A program made the position numbers and the translations under genes. The notes beneath the pieces were generated by a model that did no database searches, was not told the origin of the DNA, and saw nothing but the letters and a program-made list of their open reading frames with translations. A DNA stretch of 64,000 nucleotides from the human T2T-CHM13v2.0 reference genome, Homo sapiens, in the NCBI RefSeq assembly GCF_009914755.1, contig NC_060925.1. The stretch is one strand, 5' to 3'. This document shows positions 54,710 to 64,000 of this stretch, piece by piece. Numbering within the stretch: the stretch's first letter is position 1; each line of letters starts with the position of its first letter.

Positions 54710-56252
54710 TTTCTAACTACTGTTTTTAATTTTGCACATAATAAACTAAAAATCTTGATGTAAACACGAAGTATTATCAAGCACTAAGTTGTTTTTGATT
54801 GAAAGTCATTCTTGAATGTCACTTATCTCAGCCTCCTCCCTTCTTCCACTAAGTCTGGGACATTTCTCCCACACAAATTGGGTAGAAATTGCATGGGCTG
54901 CTGCTTCTCCCTCTGCTTTTCCAAATACCAAAGGGCTGCTGAGACTGACCAGTATATGAAACATGACATCCCCAGGTGGACCTAGAGGAAGGAGACCCAA
55001 GGAGAGGGTCTTCTTTATATATACATAAATGAAACAATAACATGTCAACGTAGAAATGGAAAATTTAGAAAACGGAACAAGCAAAAAATCAAAATCATTT
55101 ATATTACCACAACTTAAAAGAATCCAGTTAACGTTTTGCTAAATATCAATATTTCTTAAACAAAATGGGATCATGCATATAGGTTGGCTGGCATAATTAT
55201 TCACATTTGAGGCAGGCATGGTGTGTCATGAAAGAACAGAGGAGGGGAGGGACAACACAATAGGCATGGTTAAACACATTTTATTTTATACTAAATTTCA
55301 ACTTTTTCATTTTTTTCTCCTCTACATATCATCTTTCCCACTTATCCATTTTTCTCCTTCCATCAATCCATGATTTCTTTAATTTTCTTTTTTAAATAAA
55401 AGGAACATAGTCTATTAATAGACAACAACCAAACAACAAGATCCACTAGCCAAAAGAAAGTAGACATTAGCTAATTAGTCAATTCATGTGGCCTAAGTGG
55501 CAGCCAGTTAACTCCAATGGTTAAATCTCAGAAGCCGACCTTTCTCATGAATATTTGTAACATTCACACAAAGACAATTGCTTTAGCTCCAGCTTGCAGT
55601 CCCACAGTTGTGTGTTGTTGGTCACAGGGAGACCTAGCAAGAGAATGGGGATGACTCATTGTAATGCACCAACACTCTCAGCAGATGCTCTCCAAAATGA
55701 GCTGGGAGCATGATCATACCATGAAAGATAATGAAGCACATTTCAGTTGAATTCTGGCCAGTGCAGGTCTTACACATCTCTTTGATAACTGAATGATCTA
55801 ATTAAACTCTTTATAGACATTAAATAAACCCAATAATTGCCAATTACCTCTTCCTAGCAATGTTCCCTAGAACTAGAGTTTTATTTTTTGATATAATACC
55901 ATATCTAAATAAATGCTTGCCAATGTTTTGATAAGAAATGATGTATAAATTAGCTGGCTTTCTTGTCATCATGTAATATAAGCAAGGCAAACTTCTTGTT
56001 TCCTTGATGGAACATTGCTCAGGATGGAAACTGTTATCATTGTCAGATGCAGTGTCAGTAGCAATTGGTGAATTTAGACTGCGTTTCCCTATCACTATCT
56101 CAGTGAAATAAGACATGTTTCTGAGAGATAAGGGATAATGGAGCTGTTGCTAATGCTTGAGTGGACCTAAGGCATTTGTGAATGAATAATTTTAATATGG
56201 AGAATAAAGGTATCCTGAGAATAGGAAAAAGAGGATAATCAGTTCCCTTCTG

Positions 56253-56392
56253 GATCAGATTGCCAGATTTAGCAAACAAAAATACAGAACTCCTGCAATA
56301 TTTGAGACATGTTTATACTAAAATAATCACTTACCATTTATCTGAAATATAAATTTAACTGGGTGTCCTATATTGTATCTGATAACTTTACT
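56253..56392. mobile_element. MER53-like hAT MITE, internally deleted
   Basis: ttgccagatttagcaaacaaaaatacag ... aaatttaactgggtgtcctatattgtatctgataac. Confidence 0.7.
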
Positions 56393-57258
56393 TCTAGGGG
56401 ATTAATTGGATCAGCACACTGGTAGGGACATGAAATAATTTGCAATTCTCTGGGGCCTTCCAGTTCAAGTAAGCAAAACTGTTTCCCAGCTTCCTCAGCT
56501 GTTCTTTATAAATCAGCATTTTTTTCCCTCAAGTGTGTACTTCATCTTTCTTTCTGGATTTTTCTGACTTCAGGGCAGAAGGGATGTTGGGGAGCTACAT
56601 GCTGGAGAAAGTTTTTTCTGAGGAAAAATGAAATCACCACCTAAATCCCCTGAGTGGAGTGATTCTGGAAAGAGGGAGTGAAAGGAATGAGGTGGAGGTT
56701 GAGACAGTTCAGGGATGGCCAGAGGCAGTTTTGGATGGGAATTCTGGCGCAACTCACATCTTCTGGACTTGAAAGGTCATATCCGGAAGTCACAGTGCTC
56801 CTAGGAGAGGTTTTTCAACAAGGTTGGAGTACACTGGAGGCTACACACACAATCTGAGCCAAGAAACAAAGTTCACCCAAGAATGCCAGTGGTGATGTTT
56901 CCTCTACACTCTTGGCTAGGTGTGGACCTTGCTCAAATTCCAGGGGAGTGTTGGGTGAATGTGATCATCAGGATGTGGACTCTCATGCTGTGACAGCTAG
57001 AGTCTTGTGCCTCTTATTTGTCAGGGTGAATGGGACTGGTTAAATCTTAGCCAATGGGAATTTTTCTTCCTGACAAACAGGTCCATAATAGGGCTGACTT
57101 TTCCCAATAGAGGGAAACTACAGCATGGAACTAGGTTAAAAGATTTTGCTGTGAATGAGAAAACCTATTTGTTTTCTTTGCAACTAATTTTGCTATCTTT
57201 CCCTATACTAATTTTTAAAATTAATAAATGTTTTTTACTTATTTAATGGGTTAAATAA

Positions 57259-57655
<397 letters not shown>

Positions 57656-57672
57656 TTTACCAGCTTCTTAAA

Positions 57673-57986
57673 CAGATGTTTGTTGACTTACAACACGGCT
57701 ACCTCTTGATAAACTCACTGTAAACTCAAAATACCCAAAGTCAAAAATGTGCTTAATACTCCTAACCTATTGAACATCATGGTTAGCCTAGCCTACCTTA
57801 AATGTGCTCAGAACACCTGTACTAGCCTCTAGTTGGGCAAAATCATTTAGTACAAAGACTATAATAAAGCATCAAATATCTCATGTAATTTATCAAATAC
57901 TGCACAGAAAGTGAAAAACAGAAAGATTTTGCACCACCATAAAGTAAAAAAATTATTGTGGAACCACTGTAAGTTTGAAACTGTCT
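57673..57986. mobile_element. MER47A-like Tigger MITE
   Basis: cagatg...gacttac...tagcctagcctaccttaaatgtgctcagaacac...ttgggcaaaatcat...tgtaagtttgaaactgtct. Confidence 0.8.
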
Positions 57987-58471
57987 ATATATCCTTTTCC
58001 AGTTTTCTCCACATTCATGCAAACATAAAAACATGTATGCACGTGTATAGATGTAAATGTGTGTGTATGTTTATATAAGTGTGTGCATATATTAATATAT
58101 ACACATGTACATACACATACACATATATAATAGGTATATGTAAGGTTTTTGGAGAAAATAGTGTACGTTTTACAAAAACTGAAATTATTAATTACATATT
58201 ACCCTATAACGTCCTTTCTCACATAGTATCATAGACAGTCCTCTAGTCACTACAGACTGAACTCACAGTTTTTAATATATTTAAAATGTTTCATTATGTG
58301 GATATATATATTCAAATGATTATTAATGGGACTTTGGGTTTTTCCCACTTTTCTGCTGTTAAAAACTGGGTTGTATTAACATTTTTAAAAATTCTATGCA
58401 TATGTTCTTTTTATTTCTATAGGAAGGAGTTCAAACAATATTGCTGGGTCAAAGGACGTGTGCATTTTAAT

Positions 58472-58628
<157 letters not shown>

Positions 58629-58749
58629 TAAATTTTAATAGGAATCACACAATTGCTTTTCAAAAAGTTTGTAGCAATTCACACTTCTCTTCTCCATTCC
58701 CACCCTTAGCAATACATGGGGAAGTCATTTCCTTGCATCCTTATCAGTA

Positions 58750-59053
<304 letters not shown>

Positions 59054-59881
59054 AGTAGTATTGTTTATTTTTAACTTTGTCAATCTGATGGATAAAAAAA
59101 TGGTATTTTATCTTAATTTGCATTTCTTGAATCATCCTTGAAATCAGTATGTTTTTGCTGATTTATTGGCCTTCTTAAAATTTATCTTTCTGAATTGCCT
59201 GTTCATATTCTTTACCTATTTTTCTGTTGACTCATCTGTTCTCAATCAATTTTTAGGTGCCCCTTGTGGTTGCTGTGTTGAAATTATTCTTTCTTCTAAT
59301 CTATTGTCTTTTGACTTTATTATATTTTTTGCCATGTGAAATTTTAAATTTTTATATAGTCAAACATTTATTTCTATTTTTAATGTCTTTCTTATAAAAT
59401 AAATACATCTCCATGGTAAAAAGTCATGTAATTCACAAAGGTATAGAATTAAAAATAAAAGCTCTCCTTCCTGTTTTTGGACTTCTTAGGTCAATACCCC
59501 AGAAGTAACCACTGGCAATAGTTTCTTGCTTACTAGTTTAGAATTTTCTATATGTATGTAAACATTCCCCATGCCCCCTCCCAATTTGCTAATATTTACT
59601 GAGCATCTACTCTATGCTAAGAACTGTTTTGGGCCCTAGAAAGTCATAAACTCAACGAAGTTTCTACTTTTAAAGTTCATACCCCAATAGTGGAAAAAAG
59701 TAATAAATTAGCCAATGGACAAACAAAATAATTTTAGACAATGTTAAGTTCTGTAAAGAAAATAAAGTAGTGTTAGAGTACAGAAAGTGACAGAGAGAGA
59801 AAGTAACAGTAATGAACCTAAAGTAACATTATTTTAGGTAGAGTGGTTTGGGAAGGAGTCTCTAAGGAGATAGCATTTATT

Positions 59882-61494
59882 GGGTTTGGGCCATAATCTT
59901 GAAAGACACAATTCTGAAGGCCATAATCTCAAATATTGAAGCCCTGATCATCAAAATCCTGAAAATATAATACTGAACAAAACTTAAAAATTCTTTAAAA
60001 GACGTTTATTTACACTTTAGAAGAAAATTTATTTGGGAAACATGACAGAACACTTTATAGGCCACTTTACACAATAAAATAGGCATATAAATAATAGCAT
60101 ACATATTTGTGCAAGCATCAGCACTCAGGTATACTAATTGACATTTATAAGCAGATAAACTGTATTCATAAATAAATAGTTTATATAACAGTGGTCATCT
60201 GAAATGTTGTGATAGACAATTAGATCTTTTGACAAGATCAACCAAAAATTGCTATGGGTCACCTCCATATATACAGTCACCCAAAGGACTAAAATCTTGA
60301 GAAATTTTATCTTTCACAAATGCAGATGTGCAAAAAGGACATCTTTTCATTTATTGGGGAAGTTTCAACATTTTTATATACACTCACAATGCTTATACAC
60401 AAAGTCAATGTGGTGATAGTGCACTTCCATGGAGTCAAATTTGCAAGAAATGTATAAAATGAATTAGAACTCTGTGAAGGTCTTTACACAATTTATCCCT
60501 TCAGTATTGGAAAGGATGTGAAGATGAAATGCATAGTATAGTGAATTTTAAAAAATAATGCTGACAACTTAAAATAGTGGGAAAAACCTATACAAACAAA
60601 ACAAAAAAATCCATACCCACTTCCCCCACACCCCCAAAAAAATCCAAAAAAAAAATCCTGATATATGAAAAAGTGTATTACAGGAATAGATGATAGACAA
60701 TTGCATGGAGGTAGTCCCTAAGAGCTGGGCAACTTTCATGATCATTAACTGTATTTTGAAGTCTTGCATCATGATGGATAGCTGCTTTTCTCGGTTTCTT
60801 TTAGGGCATGGCTCTCCTCAAGAATACGTTCACATTCATCTTCTATGTGGCACTGCTCTTTTTGAAATTCTCCTATGATTTTATAGATGCTAACATGAGC
60901 ATTCCCTATTAAATGTTCCCATCTTCTGTGTCAGGCTTCTAGATTGTTTTAGATACAAAATGATATGGAAATGCATTCTGCATTCACTCATTTACAGACC
61001 ACATATTTGGTGAAAACGATACTGCTGATTGAACAGAAACACTAATATGTCTTCTTATCCTACTGTACGTATAATTATTTTCAAACCAGTCAGTAACTTT
61101 GCTGGCTTCTTCAGGCAAATGAAGCCTTAATTTATGAAAAACACCTGGAATAATTACATCAGCTGCGAGGAATGCCAATACAGACAAATAACATATTTTT
61201 AGACTAAAGCTGTTGTCATCAACATATTGCATGGCCAATTCACTCATCTGAATTTTCCAACAAATGCATTGGGCTGAATGGAAAAAACAAACTTTATTGA
61301 TAACACCTTGAAATTCACTTTTAGAAGCCTTGATTGCACCTAATTCCAAATCTGTTGTTAAGCTTTGGGTATTCAGTTAGACATTAGGGATTTTAAACTT
61401 TAGAAATTTAAACTTTAGGAATTTTGATCTTTCAGAATTTCAACATTCAGTTATGGCATTCAGGATTGTGTCTTTGAGGATTACGGTCAGCACC
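59882..61494 (-). mobile_element. Ricksha (MuDR/MULE) DNA transposon with both TIRs
   Basis: Left TIR gggtttgggccataatcttgaaagacacaattctgaaggccataatc is the inverse of right ttatggcattcaggattgtgtctttgaggattacggtcagcacc; 9-bp TSD gcatttatt/acaattatt; interrupts an L2. Confidence 0.85.
60880..61352 (-). pseudogene. MULE transposase remnant
   Basis: ELGAIKASKSEF...VCFFHSAQCICWKIQ...LAFL...WFENNY...FSPNMWSV, then NNLEA*HRRWEHLIG: CxxH motif and N-x-x-E catalytic Glu region typical of MULEs. Confidence 0.8.
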
Positions 61495-62664
61495 ACAATT
61501 ATTAGAGATCTGATATATGTGAATACTGCACAATGCTTTTTAAAAAATTGCTGTTTATCATTTTCACTTAATAATAAAATAGAATGTGTTTACTGATCAG
61601 TGCATGTACATTCACTTGTATGAAAAACTTTTGCTTTGCTAACATAAAATGATTAACCCCAATTTCGTGTAGACAGACAATGTGAATGCATGTCTATCTT
61701 CCTGTCTGTCTCTTGAAATCACAAACATATAAAGTCCATTCACTTGATCAATCAGAGGGGGGTAATACACATTATCTATTCTCTTCATTGACCAAATAGG
61801 AAGTGGTGAGGTTGTCTGGATAAGGGGCCTTACCAAGGAAGGACGGAAGTGGATCTCCTGTAAGTCACGTTAGTCATGGGGGCACATGTTGAAGGTACTG
61901 GCTAATGTGCGGTTGGGGCTGCTATGGTGATTCTTCCAGATTATTTCTAGCTCTTATAAACATGTGGATCTAACAGGTAATATATTCAGGCTGAAAACAA
62001 GCAGTCTAAAATGTCCTCTTTTCCCTCAGGTGTGGTATAGTATAGCTATTTTGAAAATATCATTTTGAAAATACAGAAACTCCTGTGGTGATAAAGGGGG
62101 TCAGTTTGCTAAAGGGGCATCTCTTTGTTGTGGCTTAAGAGATCTGAGCCTAGTTTCTGGGAAACTGGGCAATGTGGAAGTGAAAGAGATTCTGTGCCCA
62201 ACATGCTTAGCCACTGCTGAGCTGTCAAACATAAACAAAGCACATTGCCTATTTAAAAGAGAAAGGAGAAGTCTGAGACAGAAGTCAGTTGGGCAGTTAT
62301 CTGTGGATTCCTGTTGTTGCTTCTCTCCTCATCCACGCTTTAGTGGGTTGTTGAGAGCTAGTTTGCTGGCACAAACAAACAAACAAAAACAAATGATTTA
62401 TGGAAACTACTGAGTCATGCCTTGTCCCATAGCTGCCTTTCTCCTGCTCTGGGAAGGCTCAGTTACACAGCAAATTTCTGAAGGGAGAAGTAGCCATGCT
62501 GTGGAATGTGTTATTATAAGAAAACTTTGCTGCTGCTCTGGTGAACCCAGTGATGCTTGAGTAGCCAAGGTTCTCATGTACTTTCTTACTTACTGTACTG
62601 AGGTAAGCAAAGTGACAGATCGTTTAGGGCTCTTGGAGAAATGCTTTGCAAACCTACAAAATGA

Positions 62665-62934
62665 CTTTTTGTTTTATTTCATTTTGTTTTTTGAGACAGA
62701 GTCTTGCTCTGTTGCCCAGGCTGGAGTGCAGTGGTATGGTCTTGGCTCACTGCAGCCTCTGCCTCCCAGGTTCAAGTGATTCTCCTGCCTCAGCCCCCAG
62801 CTAGTTGGGATTACAGGCACATGCCACCACACCTGACTAATTTTTGTATTTTTAGTAAAGACGGGGTTTCACCATGTTGGTCAGGCTGGTCTCAAACTCA
62901 TGATCTCAGTTGATCCGCCCACCTCGGCCTCCCA
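62665..62934 (-). mobile_element. AluS, 5'-truncated
   Basis: Dimer ending at ...cctcggcctccca without the first ~35 nt. Confidence 0.85.
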
Positions 62935-62956
62935 CATTCAGACTGTACAAAATCCT

Positions 62957-64000
62957 GAGGTGAATGGCAAGATGGCTGAATAAGAACAGCTCCAGTCTGC
63001 AGCTCCCAGTGAGATCAATGCAGAAGGTGAGTGATTTCTGCATTTCCAACTGAGGTACCCAGCTCATCTCACTGGGACTGGTTAGACAGTGGGTGTAGCC
63101 CATGGAGGGTGAACAGAAGTAGGGTGGGGTGTCACCTCACCTAGGAAGCACAAGGGATTGGGAAACTCCCTCCCCTAGCCATGGGAGGCCATGAGGGACT
63201 GTGCCATGAGGTACTGTGCATTCCGGCCCAGATACTATGCTTTTCCCATGGTCTTCATGACCCACAGACCAGGAGATTCTCTTGGGTGCCTACAGCACCA
63301 GGGCCCTGGGTTTCAAGCACAAAAACTGGGCGGCTGTTTGGGCAGACACTGAGGTAGCTGCAGGAGTTTTTTTTCATGCCCTACTGGTGCCTGGAACGCC
63401 AGCAAGACAGAACCATTCACTCCCCTGAAAAGGGGGCTGAAGCCAGGGAGCCAAGTGGACTTGCTCAGCAGATCCCACCCCCATGGAGCCCAACAGGCTA
63501 AGATCCACTGGCTTGAAATTCTTGCTGCCAGCACAGCAGTCTGAAGTCGACCTGGGATGCTCGAGCCTGGTGGGGAGCGGGGTGTCTGCCATTACTGCAG
63601 CTTGAGTAGGCAGTTTTCCCCTCACAGTGTAAACAAAACTGTCAGGAAGTTTGAACTGGGTGGAGCCCACTTCAGCTCAGCAAAGCTGCTGTAGCCAGAC
63701 TGCCTCTCTAGATTCCTCCTCTCTGGGCAGGGCATCTCTGAAAGAAAGGCAGCAGCCCCATTCAGGTGCTTATAGATAAAACTCCCATCTCCCTGGGACA
63801 GAGCATGTCGGAGAAGGGGTGGCTGTGGGCACAGCTTCAGCAGACTTAAACATTCCTGCTGGCTGGCTCTGAAGAGAGCAGCCGATCTCCCAGCACAGCG
63901 CTCGAGCTCTGCTAAGGGACAGACTGCCTCCTCAAGTAGGTCCCTGCACCCCATGCCTCCTGACTGGGAGACACCTCCCAGCAGGATCGACAGACACCTC
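62957..64000 (+). mobile_element. L1PA7/8-type 5'UTR (start of a probably long L1 running out of the window)
   Basis: caagatggctgaataagaacagctccagtctgcagctcccagtgagatcaatgcagaagg...gcatttccaactgaggtacc; YY1 site CAAGATGGC at ~62968; CpGs mostly decayed. Confidence 0.88.

Noticed and set aside
56570-57245. Possible ancient LTR (also 44860-45170) and a Tigger-like end at ~49405-49560
   Set aside because: Impression only; I cannot match them to a consensus with confidence

Overview
Primate, most likely human, genomic DNA (AluJ/S/Y plus an L1 carrying human-lineage 3'UTR diagnostics), intergenic or deep intronic. I see no supportable host protein-coding exon, RNA gene or CRISPR array; the long ORFs in the track come from L1 ORF2, microsatellites, Alu or a MULE transposase remnant. 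The window is a mosaic of LINE-1, L2, MIR, Alu, MaLR/ERVL/ERV1 LTRs and DNA transposon fossils (full-length HSMAR2, Ricksha/MuDR, MER47A, MER53, MER102, MER103, MADE1). The best observations are: (1) a young L1 (11166-12806) with a twin-priming inversion, a 16-nt junction duplication, a 16-bp TSD and a 30-nt candidate 3' transduction tag; (2) a ~230-bp copy of unique DNA from 27.0-27.3 kb inserted into an MLT1 LTR at 19.5 kb with hairpin/inverted filler; (3) a two-TIR Ricksha element with a readable MULE transposase segment; (4) an ORF0-like frame in an L1PA7-type 5'UTR; (5) an unexplained 38-nt motif pair at 35.8/37.8 kb. I found no new biological system that I can defend. Subfamily names come from recalled consensus sequences, not from a RepeatMasker run, and boundaries of old repeats are approximate.
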